A stretch of 64,000 nt of DNA from Azolla caroliniana (lineage: Eukaryota > Plantae > Polypodiophyta), in NCBI GenBank assembly GCA_043228905.1, contig JBHGNT010000003.1, forward strand, positions 434,001 through 498,000. Direction: 5' to 3'. Positions within the stretch are counted from its first letter, which is position 1. Each line of letters starts with the position of its first letter. A program made the position numbers and the translations under genes. Positions 39,501 to 53,413 of the stretch are shown piece by piece. Below the pieces are notes generated by a model. That model was not told where the DNA came from. It saw only the letters and a program-made list of their open reading frames with translations, and made no database searches.

Positions 39501-40154
39501 CATATTATAGATAATAAATCCTTACAGGGCTTAGAGTTATGTCTAGATTTTGATGAATGATTTTATGGAACTCTCAGGTTGTAGCTGCATTTGCATATAA
39601 TATTTTAATAGTATATAATCATTCTTGATTCTATGAAAGTTAATTGCTACAAAATGTTTGGAGTCTGGACATCACTCTTTGCAGCAGTTTTCTGCAAAAG
39701 CTACAAACATAATTGCCCTTTCTCTTCTTGGGTTAAATATATCCATCAATCAGAGGCCGATTCCTCCTTTTGGATATGCATGCCGTTTACAGTCTTCAAG
39801 TAAATCCACAAAGATAATGAATTACTCCATATTATATATAATAAATCCATACGGGGCTTAGAATTATGTCTAGATTTTGATGAATGATTTTATGGAACTC
39901 TCAGGTTGTAGCTGCATTTGCATATAATATTTTAATAGTATATAATCATTCTTGATTCTATGAAAGTTAATTGCTACAAAATGTTTGGAGTCTGGACATC
40001 ACTCTTTGCAGCGGTCTTCTGCAAAAGCTACAAACATAATTGCCCTTTCTCTTCTTGGGTTAAATATATCCATCAATCAGAGGCCGATTCCTCCTTTTGG
40101 ATATGCATGCCGTTTACAGTCTTCAAGTAAATCTACAAAGATAGTGAATTACTC
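36563..40154. repeat. Tandem array of 11 copies of a 326/327-bp AT-rich unit
   Basis: Unit starts at 36563, 36890, 37217, 37543, 37869, 38195, 38521, 38847, 39174, 39501 and 39828; copies near-identical. Confidence 0.97.
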
Positions 40155-40306
40155 AATGTGAAACGGCTTTCTTGTCAAAGGTAGACTTATCATGATCAAA
40201 TTTGCTGTTGTGGGAGGAACAGGTCTTACATGCAGAGAAAGTCGAGTTGATCTAGCTCTTCAGAGCTTGGCTATTAGGATGGAACGCTGATGAAAAGAAA
40301 AGCTAT

Positions 40307-42556
40307 CTATGCACTCTTCAAAATGGCTGATGCAATCTGATCTTCAGTGATGAAGCTCTGACCTTTCGTTTTTACTAATAGCGACTGATGTACTACATCT
40401 TGTACTGTAGAGATAGATGCATGATGAACCTGAATCTGAAGATCTTGTAAAAGCACCATCACCCTTGCCACTGGATTCAAGTACCTTGGGTAGTTTATAT
40501 GTATAATGGCCTCTTCATTACTCAAGTAATGGATCTTCACATTTTCCGAAACATGACTAGGAGGAACTGAGGTCCTATTACTGACTTTAAGGCCATCTGT
40601 AACGTCATTTGATAGATGATGATGAAAGGATGTCTTACCATCACCTAAATAAGGAAATGCTTCTTTCCTCTTTTTATAGTTTAGAAGCTCTGAAACTAGG
40701 GTTTTCTTCTCCGCCTCAAGGTCTTGTAACTTATTTTTTAGCTCTTGGATGTATACAGTTGCATCAGTAAGCAATGAAGCCTTGTCCATCTTGGATACAT
40801 TTGGAACAACAGATCTCAACTCATAAAAGCGTTGGTTGAGCTTCTCTCTTCTCAACCTCTCTGCTTCTACATGATTCATTGGCTCTTCTCTTCCATCGGC
40901 AGGTTTTCTGCCCCTTTTCCGAGGCTTCTTCTCCTCTTGGATAGACTCACTACATTCTATCAAGTCAGAATCCTCCACGAATGAATCACTAGGTTTCATT
41001 GTTTTAGTCTTCTTCAATGGCGTTTGGCTCACCTCTTCTTGGTCCAGTACAGCTTTACCCTTCTCCCTGGCTACAAACGGATTACCTTCAGATGTTGAGT
41101 CAATCAAGATATTAGGTAGCTTAGAAAAGCTTTGAGTATGCAAATCCTTTGAGCCTTGACCATAGTTTGATCCATAAGTCTGGTCCATCTGTTGAGATTG
41201 CAAAGCTTTCACATGCCCCCGGTATTTGTTTTCTTTGGTTTCATGAGATCTTAAAACACCAGACTGAACCTCATTTGATTGATTTGTGGATCTATGATCT
41301 CGAACAGAGAGAGCACTCACATCCTTGTCTTTTGCATCATCATGATTATAAAACATGGTTTCTCTGGAAGCCTGATAACCAGAGATGCTTATAGATGCAT
41401 TATAACTCTGGAAGTTTTGATGTCTGGCCATATGAATACTCTTGTTCCCCAAGTCAGAACCCACCAAAGGAGCTTTTTGGCCTTCATAGCATCTCATTGA
41501 GCCATCCACGTCGCTTCTTCGTGTCAATAAAGACCCTTCAGATGACCTCAGCTCATTACTCATTGTTGACAAAAGTATATCCTCTTCAAGCCCTTGGAAT
41601 TTCTGCAAAGGTGGAAACAGTGTCATTGGCATCAACTTATCCCCATCTTCGATGAACATGGTATCAGTAAGGTCTTGAGAGGAGAGTTTCCTTTGTGAAG
41701 CTTCTATTTCTCCACCATTCACTGGCATTGTCCATTGAGAGTGCTTTTGCATCCCTGATTGGGCCAAGTTCTTTGAACCAAGGGCACCGATAGAGATCAC
41801 ATCAGACCAAGTACCAGACAATTCATCAGGGTTCATCTTTGGAATCGAAGATGGGTAAGGCTCTGTGAAGTCGCTTTGTATATGGCTGGATGTATCTTTA
41901 CAAAGTGGGAATGAACCCTTTACAGCCATCACAAACTCGAAATTCTCATTGATGATTTGAGTCGATCCAAGCTCTACAACTCCATTTAAGGTAGGCACGT
42001 ATAGCATGGTTTGGATACCAAGCTGAGCAGCAAGCTGAGCTCGAGAACAACTGCAATTATGGATTTCATCACCTCCTTGAAGCCACGAGTGTTTGGATGT
42101 GGAAAAAGTTTCTCCTCCCAGTCCCGACGCAAGAGGAAAAGAATGCCACATAGAAAGCACAAAGAAACACTCAGTATCTGTCATATCTGCATCGAGTGGC
42201 GCCCCAGTGAGAGCTTCAAGCTGAGCAATGATAGGTTTTAAGTGAGCCTTATTAGCTTTTCTAGAGGTTACTTCATTGCATTCTTTAGGGTTGAAGTATC
42301 CATCTCCCCATCCGAGCCCATCTTGACCATCCGCAGTGTTTGTGAGTTGCCAAAATATAGCATAGGTCCATTTCTCTTGGAAATTGTCCACTAGGGATTG
42401 AAGCTTATGCGACAGATTATCTTCCACACCATTGTTAATATCTATAGCAACACTGTCGTTGTTACTAATAAGGTGCTCTTCATTCGAGGCCAGCCAATCT
42501 TGCTCAGATCCCATGGCCTCATCTAAAAGAGCTTGGAATTCAACATCCAAATTCAT
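40307..42556 (-). CDS. MYC2: MYC2-like bHLH transcription factor (bHLH-MYC_N/JID, bHLH, ACT-like), intronless, ~749 aa
   Basis: [76 protein letters not shown]. First in-frame ATG at 42556. Symbol indicates family, not proven orthology. Confidence 0.93.
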   Translation of the reverse strand: MNLDVEFQALLDEAMGSEQDWLASNEEHLISNNDSVAIDINNGVEDNLSHKLQSLVDNFQEKWTYAIFWQLTNTADGQDGLGWGDGYFNPKECNEVTSRKANKAHLKPIIAQLEALTGAPLDADMTDTECFFVLSMWHSFPLASGLGGETFSTSKHSWLQGGDEIHNCSCSRAQLAAQLGIQTMLYVPTLNGVVELGSTQIINENFEFVMAVKGSFPLCKDTSSHIQSDFTEPYPSSIPKMNPDELSGTWSDVISIGALGSKNLAQSGMQKHSQWTMPVNGGEIEASQRKLSSQDLTDTMFIEDGDKLMPMTLFPPLQKFQGLEEDILLSTMSNELRSSEGSLLTRRSDVDGSMRCYEGQKAPLVGSDLGNKSIHMARHQNFQSYNASISISGYQASRETMFYNHDDAKDKDVSALSVRDHRSTNQSNEVQSGVLRSHETKENKYRGHVKALQSQQMDQTYGSNYGQGSKDLHTQSFSKLPNILIDSTSEGNPFVAREKGKAVLDQEEVSQTPLKKTKTMKPSDSFVEDSDLIECSESIQEEKKPRKRGRKPADGREEPMNHVEAERLRREKLNQRFYELRSVVPNVSKMDKASLLTDATVYIQELKNKLQDLEAEKKTLVSELLNYKKRKEAFPYLGDGKTSFHHHLSNDVTDGLKVSNRTSVPPSHVSENVKIHYLSNEEAIIHINYPRYLNPVARVMVLLQDLQIQVHHASISTVQDVVHQSLLVKTKGQSFITEDQIASAILKSA

Positions 42557-43277
42557 GATGAAACTCAATAAAAGAAAGAGGTTGTAAAAAGAAAGGGAGA
42601 GAAACTATTCTATCTAACAAGACATGGGCTGCCTGATAACCCTCGGTTTGCGGTGTAGTTCTCGTTTATCATCTTGGGGCGAAAGCTCAGATGTGGGTTC
42701 CTTCAGAATTCCCTGCACAGATTCAAGCCGCCTTTAGTTTGTAGTAAGACATTCCGCAGACTAGTGGGCCGCTTTGCAATATGCTCTGTTTCTTCTTCTT
42801 CTTCTTCTTCGTCATCCTTCTCTACTTTACTGATTTTTATTGGTAGGGAAGAAAGTAGTAGGGTAGGGCAGGAAAGTGCAGAGGTGGCATGGTCGCAGGA
42901 GCCGTCGCCATCGCCACATCGGAGTTTGAAGTCGTAATGATGCCTTTTCAAAACGCAGGAAGAAAGAAAGAAGGAAAGAAATGCCAAGCTCTGTGTTCTG
43001 TCTGTTTTGGCGTGATGTGGATGGATAAGGCCATCGCATATGTATATTATATATATGTACATACATAATATGTATGTATGTATGTATGTATATCACGCAC
43101 GTTTTAGGCATGCTCTGCAGCAGCCGCAATAGCAGCCTTTCTGTCATAACATACATTTAACTTATACATAAAATCATAATGCTCCTCTCTCCCCCCCCTT
43201 CTCCTCATGTTTTGTTAGTGTTTCCTAATTGAAATTGGTCACACTTCCCACATGCCTCCTTTTGCAATTGCCCATGT

Positions 43278-43363
<86 letters not shown>

Positions 43364-43462
43364 TCCTATATGTATATGGATCGATGTTATGTTGATCTTG
43401 ATTGTATGTATGTGGAGCTCTTCTTTCGTTTTTGTCCATTTCCTTGTTCTATGCTTGCAATG

Positions 43463-43516
<54 letters not shown>

Positions 43517-43604
43517 ATGGATTGATGTTATGTTGATCTTGATTGTATGTATGTGGAGCTCTTCTTTCTCTTTTGTCCATTTCCTCATCCCATGCTTGCA
43601 ATGA
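43278..43604. repeat. Two (CT)n tracts, each followed by a copy of a ~90-bp direct repeat, upstream of MYC
   Basis: tatatgga(t)..gatgttatgttgatcttgattgtatgtatgtggagctcttcttt..atgcttgcaatga at ~43373 and ~43514. Confidence 0.85.
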
Positions 43605-46164
43605 CCAAATGCACAAACACTTCACACTGCATCTTTTTGTGTGATTACATCACATGTGAGGCCAACACCATAGATGCATGGCAGGTGCTACTTTTGTTTT
43701 TATTATGAGGTGTTTTGCATTCAAAGCCATGTTATATCCACCATTTTGGAATACATGGTTTGCTTTTCCTCCTTGTTTTAACAATGGTTTGCTCTACACA
43801 AAGAAATCCATTTATACGTGTTCACATTTGTATATTACTCTCTAGTATCCATTATTTTTAACGTTCTTCTCATAGTTCCTCCACTTCACTAGTTTTTGAA
43901 GTAGTGAATGCTACAAACACCTCGTTTTTCTATGTGCAACGATCTAGCATTAATACATCCGGATTAAATCAATGTTAAAGTTCATATACATGTTAAATAC
44001 ATTTGTAGTCTTTTTAAAGACTATGCATGTTGACCAATCATATATCCAATGATGCATGCAACATACGACCTTTATTTTGTCCATAATAACAAATTATTTT
44101 GATAAGTGTATTCAAGCAATAGTGATTTAATGCTAGGGAACTTTGTATGGGTAATGTTAAATGAACAAAGGCTTGTTCATGTTTGGGGTTTATAAATTCT
44201 CAAATATTTTGTAATAAGAACATATACATCCATTAGATTTAGTTGACAATGTTGATCAGTGATCACAACAAGATGCGTGGAGGACATCATGTCTAGAAAT
44301 GCGAGATAATGAATATTCATGCTTATGTATCCAAATTAATGGATCATTATGCCAAGAATTATGAGATGGAGAGCATGTCTCAAAGATCAAGGGTCATACG
44401 TCATCATGGCTACCATGAAAACAAGAGCATGTGAGCAACACACACTTGATGGAGACAACCTCTTCAAACGAAGCATACTAAAAATGAATGTAAACCTCAA
44501 CAGACTTGCTATTAACCATGCATTGTGTTGTGTTGTCTTAAGAAGCAATTCAGCAAGCCATACATAAAGAGTTCTAGTTGTAGTTAAAAATGAATCATGA
44601 CAAAAATCCACATATCGATTCCTTAATAATTTGGTGTGTTCCACTTCTACTTCAACCCTATGCTACATACTATGTCAAATAGGGAGCAAGGAGACAATAA
44701 TTTTAGTTGACACGTGCATGTGTAGCTCAACGTACATACAATATCATAAAGTAAAGTTTACATTGATGTGCTCATTGAACTTAATACAGCAAAAGTAAGT
44801 ATAGGTTTTTGCCGTATGAAAGTGAGATCCATAGCTAGCAATGTAGAGGTAGAAACATGAATGATTCCAAGAAGAACTCTTCAAAAGTCAATAGCTACGT
44901 TCATTAATACACAAAAATCTTGACAGGGTACAAATAACTCAATGTCGTGTCACCTACCAAAAGCATACCCCAAACATTTTAGAAAAATGTAAAATGAACA
45001 TAAATTTCCTACAACCATTACCTCTTTCTGGTTCCCCAATCAAGAATTGTTATGCAACAATCTCAAGTTTTAACTCCACAAAATAGCATAGTTAATGCTA
45101 GCACCACATGGCTAGCTTTGGCTCTTAAGACCAAGAAAAACAATTATGGGTTATCATCCACGCTTGACTTTCTGTGCACCTGGATGTTGGTAAAAAACTG
45201 AAAGAACTGTAGTGCCAAGGAAAGAGAAAGACGAATACAGAGACTAGCTCACCTTTTTGGTGCTATAGACGACACATGTTACATGAAGCTAAATCTATGT
45301 AATAGGTGAAGTAAACAATGCACTACAAAAACATTGTCAAAAAGCTCCATCACTGGCAAGACAAAAAGTCCAGCTATGGTTACCTTGAGATCAAACATTT
45401 ACATGCTTGCATCATCTAAAACATAAATAATAATTCTATACTTTGAAATGGCTAATCAGTGAGGCAAATAGAAACCAGGAACACCATTGCATACGCATAC
45501 AGGCATACGTGCATGCATACATGCATGTACATATATAATTTGTATTTGGATTTATGAATCTATTTCTCCAAATGTCAGTGTCACATCCCTCCAGATTAAA
45601 AGATTATATATTTCCTTTAACAGACATCTTAGACACCATATACATTTGTCTATTCTAACATGAATATGCATGTAATCTATGCAATAAGAAACTTGTCGAA
45701 AACCCAATCAGAAATTGTTTCCACCATCAATCTCTAGTGAATTTCAAATCCTTCTCATCAACGGATATGGTCATGTGGCAGCCTACAAGAATCTATAATA
45801 GTAGTAGTAAATTTTGGTCTGATAGTGTAGCATTCCAATGAAGCTGCAATAAGAAGAATACTAGACTGTTACTTAATGAAGCATATAATCAAATCAATCC
45901 AAAAAAATTCTACTTGATTTCAGTGTAACAGCTAAGTGATGCTTCCCACTTCAGTGAGCTTGCAGTTTATGGTACTCATGGATTGTCAAGATAAAGCAAC
46001 CTGTACAAAAATGCTTTGATTCAAACGACTGTTGTCGCTGTATCACAACACCAGTAAGGGATACTGATTTGCAACTTCGAAAGGTAGAAAAGTTGTGGAC
46101 AAACATAAAATTGGACAAAATGACTGTCATTTGTAAAAATATCCCTTCTCATATGAATGCTTCA

Positions 46165-49100
46165 TTATTCTTTCCGACGCTTTGCAGGTTTGCTTTGCTG
46201 CCCGTCTTTTGGAGCACTCCTTTTTGTGGCTGTTTGGCGAGGCTGAGAGCCCTTTGCTTTTTGCTTGTCTGAATGAATTGCAAACCCATATTTAATTCAA
46301 AATATGTCTCAATTACAGGAAAAAACAAGTCCCTAACCAGCCAGGCTACAAGATGCCACTCACCTCCCTTAAAGCTGCTTTCAGCAACACTTAACTGCAT
46401 GTTCATGTTTGTATCCAGTCCTACTGCATTCAGTAAACCTCAAAACTTTTATTCACATTGGACTAAGCTTAGCATCTCAAAAAGTAGTAACAAACTATTC
46501 TATCCAAGAGGTTCACCTATCTCATCTACGTCGCGTGCTTCATCATCCTCCGAATCTGTGCAAGACACAACATAAACATTACCTCTACATTGTTTATCAT
46601 TCCTCCTTCAACAGCACATAATATATACCTTCCCCTTCATCTTCAGCTATTTCCGCGTCATCTAACTCTGGAGGTAGAATCTGAAGTTTTCCTCGCTTCT
46701 TTGGAAGCTTCTTTTGACCTGACGCATTGAATAAAGGCAGTAAATCAGATGACTTCACTCGCCTTTCACTTTCCATTTGCTTGTAACCTTTTGTGAGAGC
46801 TGCCTTAACAGCAGGTGGCACACCTGCCATTAAGTCAGGTTGGCCCTGTCAATACACAATAATAAGCCATATTCTGTAAGTAATTCCTCGAAAGCAATTT
46901 TAAAATCAAACATAACAGAATTCAAGTGTTTTCTTTAAAAAGCAATTTAAAAAAGAGACCATATAAAATTTACCTGGAACTTCACAAGATCTAGAATGGA
47001 TTCAATATCTTCCTGAGTAAGAGAATAATTTTCCATCAACTCCACAATGGTTTGAACAGCCTTTTCCTAGTGAAATCAGAGAGCACAGAGTCACACAGTC
47101 TGAGATGGATACACATACAGCAAGAAACAGCTTTATTACGTACCTTTGGCATCACTTTCAGAGGAGATGTCAACTCTAAGGCAAGAACATAAAGATAATC
47201 TCTCCGAACCGCTTGCCTGTGGTTCAATGCCAAATAAAAATTAGAGAATTCAGAGAATATTATACTGCATTTCTAATCTTATGCTGGAGTATTAATACCG
47301 TGTAGGCTCACACATTCGTGACGCCAACAAATGTACATGAACGTCATCTAATTGACGCATCTTCTTTCCATAAGAAGAATTCTTCCCAAGCCAACTACCA
47401 AACCGATTAAAATTGCGTTCACCCTGCTTTGTCATTTAAAATCGGCTTATGTAATCTGTACGGAAATGCCACTATAAAAAGCACAACCTCATTTCTTAAT
47501 AATAGAACATCTACATGATTTCATCTCTCGTCCAGTTTGATAGTATGGATAGATCAGGACTTCTGAATCCACAGAACATGATTAAAAAGACTCTACAACT
47601 CTGAGCTATAATCTCATCTATTTTATACTCAAGTATACACACGTATTGAATCACATGGAATTTGTTTGTACCTATCCCTCACCAAAACCGAAGGAGACAG
47701 AAAAAATTATAGATCAAATGTTTGGCACAAAAAAATCAACAAATAAGACTGACTGAAACATATTTTGTTTTTACCAACATTTTGATGTATGTATATGTTT
47801 TTTATTTTCATGATAGCACACATTCAACAAAAAACAAAATTAAAAAGAAAAATACAAATACCTGTAAGAGAATTTCTCTTCGTCCATGCATCAGTGCGGC
47901 TCTATAGAAAAAAGATTTTCTTTAGTGACAACATCCTTGATACATATTTTATCAGGTTGACTTATTAATGAACAAGACCAGTTTTAAAACAGAATCACAA
48001 TCCTGCAGAAACTTGTCACACAGAGGGAGAAATCATAGAGAGATATTTCTCGTATATGAAGTCTTACGGGATTATAGATGACATGAATGCACCCATTTGC
48101 GAATGCTGCCATTGTCTATACTGGCGAATCTGTTTATTTACAATGTCTCCATCAGCAATGCAGGAAGCTGCCTTTGCAATCAAATCCATTCGAGCTGTTC
48201 CATTTTCATCCCGCCCTGCTTGTGTCGGGCAATAATTGAGATAATTCTCCTGCATTTCCAGCAAAAACTTAGTTATTAATTCAATTGGCCGAAAGGCAGG
48301 TGATATGCAATGTCAAAACCGAATCTGCCAATTCACAATTTCATGTCAATAAAGAGAATACCGACTCACCAAATGTTTCTTTTAACAATTGACAAAATAT
48401 AAAGCATACGAAAAAGTGGATGAAACAATTATATACAAAGAGTCAGTCTTGCTTCATAGAGTAATATACCAGTCTAAAGATTAGGTGTTTCTACAGACAC
48501 TTATGACCAATAAAAAAGAGACTGCATGCACGCATGCCTCTCTCCCTCTCTTGGAAGATTACATCTGAGACTTTTTATGACCATAAAATATAGTGCAGAC
48601 CCACCTGTCTTTCTCTTATTAGAAGGAGACAGTTTGTGATAAATATTATATAGATACAAGCATGAACATCCCTCTACATCTCTCTGAAGTCCACATGTTC
48701 ACTCCGAATAGTACTGGAATAGCTATACCTGAATCAATAATGGAACAAGATCAGGGTCTGACATACTTGCATCGAGCCTTTCATCCATCCGCAGTCTTCC
48801 TCCCTCAAATGACATTAATCTAGTTGAAAAAAATCCAGAGTTCTTACAAGTGAAAATCCAACGTTATTGCAAGTTATGATGCATGGCTTACAAGGAGATA
48901 CTTTTAGAATAATAAGAATGATTCTTGGCCTTTATTACCTCCAGATCACTTTCATGTATTCTTTCATTCTTTTGTATTTTATTATTTAGCATTTGATTAG
49001 TTGAGGAAAATTAAACGGCATGAAATACATATGTTTCCTTTAATGTGATCCAATAGGTATACTTTTATAAGACCAAAATAGTCTGACAAGAAAAATGCAT

Positions 49101-52100
49101 CTCAACAAGCATAAATTTTGTCAATCACTTCGTGCATAGGGTGAACTGAATGCTATTGCATCTCTACTCATATCATTAGTGCCATAATTGAAGGTTCATT
49201 TACCAACATTCATAAAAGAGTAACGTTAAGTATATGAGCAATGACATTCATTAATATCATTTCTCTGCATATATAATATGTAACTTGCTGCCTATCAAAT
49301 AGTTCCTGCAGATTAAAGTTTGCTGAATGTTATGATCTATGTAGAGGTGACTTGTCCTAATCCTTCAGTGCTGCCCCAAATTCTATCTAGAAATGCTTAG
49401 CAGTCCGCTTTTAAAAGTTTACAGTAGTTAGCATGCATACAAGTATACATGGGTGGATATACATGCATGTATGTATATACACGTGTACTTGAGTATAGAA
49501 GAATATATGTGTATATAATATCCATCATACACCGATCAACTGCAATAGAAGCAGTATAGGGATTTATATATGTGTGTACATGTGTATATGTAAAAATATA
49601 CTTGTATATTTAGGATTCATCACACACCTATCAACTGCAGTAAAAGGGCTCATGTCCTCATCTTTGCCACTTAATCGCAGACGAGCTTTCACATCATCAA
49701 ATTTCACAACTTGAGTTCGCAGATTCATATATTGGAGCTCATTCAAAGCCATCCTCATGTCCCCATTGACTCGTTCTGCTAGCTCTTCAAGGGCCATCTG
49801 GAAAAGTATGACTGGCCATCAGCATTCTCAAAGTAGATCATGCACACTACGTGATTTGTTCCATCAAGAAGTACCTCATCAACCTGCATACCCTCGGCCT
49901 TTGCAATTTGTTGAAGCCTTTTTGCCATCTGATGATATGACAGATAATAACAGAATTAAGAAACATGTGTGTTTTCTTCCAGAAAGGATAGATATGATGT
50001 GCACAAATGATATGACATAATGAAGTCATGCCTGTTGTTTTGTTGGTTTTCTGAAGTTGAGAGGAAGGCAATAATTCACAAGAGACTTCAGCTTCTGGCT
50101 GTAGCGATCATTGCATATACAAATGATGGGTATCTTGCTGATCTTGATGCTTGCTATCAGGTCAGCAACTCCACCTCGATCACCTCCAGACATACCATCA
50201 ACCTCATCCATTATCAGAACTGCCTTTCTGCATTTATATTCCTCATCGATCACTCAATATTTCTATGACAACTTGCATATCACATCCAAGAGAAGCTTTA
50301 GAAGCCTTACTTGTGCTTTTTACCATTTGTTGCAACAGCAAGGGACTCATTGCTTACCATCTCCTTGATAACATTTGCAGTGCTTCCACCAATACCTTTG
50401 CCTACTTTTGTATCTGCCTTGCCCCTGCTATCACTAGCATTAACCTAATATATTTTCAAAGAAAATAATCAAATCTTCAAATCATTTAACACTGAAAGTA
50501 TAAAATATGCACCATCGACCCAAATATACACCACTGACACAGACCTCAAAGGATTCGAATCCAAGTAACTCGCATATCAGTCTTGCTGAGGTAGTTTTTC
50601 CAATTCCAGGGGGGCCACTAAGCAACACTGCTTTTTTTGTGTTACTGCTACTGTTATCTCCAACTCGTTTTTTGCCTTTCTGCTGCTTCCCTTGTAAATT
50701 CACCTCAAACCACTGTTGAAGCCAATCATGCAGCTGTTTCACCTGGAAACAATTAAAAAGAAAAATCAGTTAAGTTTATCCTCAACATCAAACGTCTCTA
50801 CCAAGGCAAGAGATAAGCACTCACAATAGACTGATTTCCTACTATTTCGGTGGTACTCTTTGGACGGTGCTTTTGCGGCCATGCTTCTGTTTCTTCCACT
50901 CTTGAAGGTAAATTTCCCAGTGCTCTCTTCACTGGTGCTGCAGACTTATGAACTTGGTCTTGTTGGTTTCCTCTAGAAGGTTCACTCTTCACAACTAGCT
51001 CATACCCAAAGAAATGATACTTAACCAGTCATACGGGGAAGCATTTTTATCAACCTACAGTCTAATTAGAAAAGCTTATTTACTTTGTGAAATAGGTGCC
51101 ACTGATGAAGGTTTTGGGGATGCCTTTATTGGTTTTGAGGAGCGGATAATTGTGAATAGTCCATCTTCTGTGAGGAAAGCCACTCTGTCACAAAAATTGT
51201 AGAAAACAAAATTCAGCCCTGGACACAGTCCCCTTGTCTCGATGAGCTCCTCTTACACCTGCCTCTGAAGCATTCAAAGCTAGTACAAAAGGAATGTTGA
51301 AGTGAAAACAAACCCAAGCTCTTTTGCCTTCTGTGATTTACGTCCCCCAACATCCTCATCCGCAAGAAGGTAAGTCTGGAAAAAATAGAGAAAAATAACT
51401 GTTATACACGAATAAGACTTCAAATAAACCATTTTTTGGCATGAAGTACTCACTGTCTTCTTACTAACAGACGTAGTCACTCGACCTCCATGTCGTTTTA
51501 TTAAGTCCTCTGCCTCTTCTCTTTCCAAACTGTCATAAGTGCATGCATAATTAATAACACATTCAAGATGCAAAAAAGGTAATCTCAAATTACAATGGAA
51601 ATCAAGGCACCTGTCAAGAGTTCCACTGATAACAAATGTTAGGCCAGCTAGACAATCTTCAGCACCATTCGGTACTTCCTGTTTCAAAAAATGTCTTGAG
51701 GTGATTCTAATGATAAGCTATATTTATTTGACTGGTATTGATTTACATATATATGTTTCACACGAACCCAATGATGTAACATGTTTATATGATTGATACA
51801 GCTTCTTGGCATATGCGTTTCATATGATTCAAATTTAATTAATACGACTGGCATGACGTCTGCAAACATTGAATTAACGGGAGTAGAATGATATGATATG
51901 TTTATATGACTGATACAGCTTCTTGGCATATGCGTTTCATATGATTTAAATTTAATTAATACAACTGGCATGACATCTGCAAACTTTGAATTAACGGGAG
52001 TAGAACGATATGATATGTTTATACAACTGCTATTGTTTCATGGTATATGCATTTCATAGATGCCCACTGACATGAATATACAGATTACATGAACTCATGG

Positions 52101-53164
52101 TATATGCTTCTCGAATGAGTTCAATGATACAATGTTTTCATTACAACTTATTGATTTCATGGTATATGCAAATTTTGGATGAACATTAGATCAATGACAG
52201 AATATATTAATATTTTTTCAGATATATGAATTACATATGAGCCCAGTGATATCATATAGTCATATGATAGCCACAGTATTGAGGTGCATACAAATTTAAA
52301 TTAGCAGAAGTTCAACGGTGTGATATGTTCATGTGACTGATAACATTGCATGGCAGATGCAATGCATTTCATGTCATAGGTCTTTTGTCCGAGTCCAATG
52401 ATATGATTGATATGGATTCATGGTTCATAAAGTTTCATTACCTTTTCTCCTTTGTGGGGTGGAGCTTGCCTAGGTTCGAAGAAGGAACCCCCGCCACCTC
52501 TTCCCCAGCCACCACGGCCTCGACCACCAGATGGAGGCTTCCCACACTCCATAGGAGAAGATGAAGTACCCCTCCCCTTTCCCCTTCCCCTTCCTTTAGC
52601 GGGGGACGAATCATGTAGTTTTTCCTGCATTTCAAGTCCATCGCTGAAATCTACATCCTTGAAATCATCAGCATCAGCATCATCACCACCACCGCCATCG
52701 AGTGTTTCTTTCTTTGCAATTATGACCTTTCCATCAGTGTGTCGTTTCTTTGGCGAAGGGGAAGTAGCTTTGTCTTTCTCTTTGTTCTTCACATCACCAA
52801 CTTGAGTCTTCTTCGGTGGAGAAGTTTTTTTTTCTTTCTCGTTGTGCTTAACCTCACCAGCATGAGAATTTCCTTCTTTCTTCGCATCATCAACATGACA
52901 TTTTTTCGACGCGGGGAACTCTTTCAATTTATCATCTTGTTTTCTTTTCACGGGTGACTTTTCGGTGCTAGTTTTATTTGTTCCTTCTTCATTTCCAGGT
53001 TTATCTTTATTTCCAGAAAAGAACCTACTAGTTTTCTTCAAATCAGGTCGAGATTCAGGGCTTATTCCAATGGATTCCTTCTGTTTCTCTGCATCCTCTG
53101 ACACTGCATTACTACTGTTCCTGTGGGGCTGTTTCAGGAACCATTTTCGGATATCAGAGTCCAT
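46165..53164 (-). CDS. RFC1: Replication factor C subunit 1 (BRCT, AAA+, RFC1 C-terminal), about 20 exons; first exon 52442-53164
   Basis: [43 protein letters not shown], Walker A GPPGIGKT, Walker [22 protein letters not shown], last exon ending PAKRRKE* at 46165. Confidence 0.95.
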
Positions 53165-53243
53165 AGCTCGGGTTTCGATTGAAAGGGAGGCTCAACAAAT
53201 ATTTCTCTTGATAATATGTATTCGTCCAGACACGCGTTCAAAG

Positions 53244-53413
53244 TTAGGGTTTAACAGAGAGGGAACCTTGAAGGGTTGGGATTGAAAAAGGAGAAACTCC
53301 AAGGGATAGGGTTTTGAACAGAGGAAGCCGTCGAGGATAGGATTAGGGTGGTTTAATGGAGAAACCCTGGCAGAGCAGGGGCTCTGTTCCACGACAGAGC
53401 AGCCAGCGGGAAT
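53244..53413 (-). promoter_or_regulatory. RFC1 proximal promoter/5' UTR motifs: telo-box and E2F-type site
   Basis: AAACCCTAA at 53252-53244 and ATTCCCGC (matches WTTSSCSS) at 53413-53406, as typical of plant S-phase genes. Confidence 0.5.

Noticed and set aside
36563-40154. CRISPR-like array or repeated small-peptide genes (60-67 aa ORFs)
   Set aside because: No unique spacers. The ORFs have TTG starts and are frameshifted in five copies, so they are by-products of the repeat.
24756-42556. C4H-MYC biosynthetic or regulatory gene cluster
   Set aside because: Only one enzyme gene, with an unrelated gene (RAD1) in between; a single G-box is not evidence.
42703-43156. Conserved-peptide uORFs upstream of MYC
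   Set aside because: Low-complexity, microsatellite-derived starts and no recognisable conserved peptide; cannot be supported without homology.
43205-43588. ER/SL-repeat ORFs (also 235-624)
   Set aside because: Translations of (CT)n/(GA)n microsatellites.
46149-46406. ORF-track frame as the RFC1 C-terminus (..KNNEAFI)
   Set aside because: Splice phase gives the other frame, ending PAKRRKE* at 46165, which matches the basic RFC1 tail.
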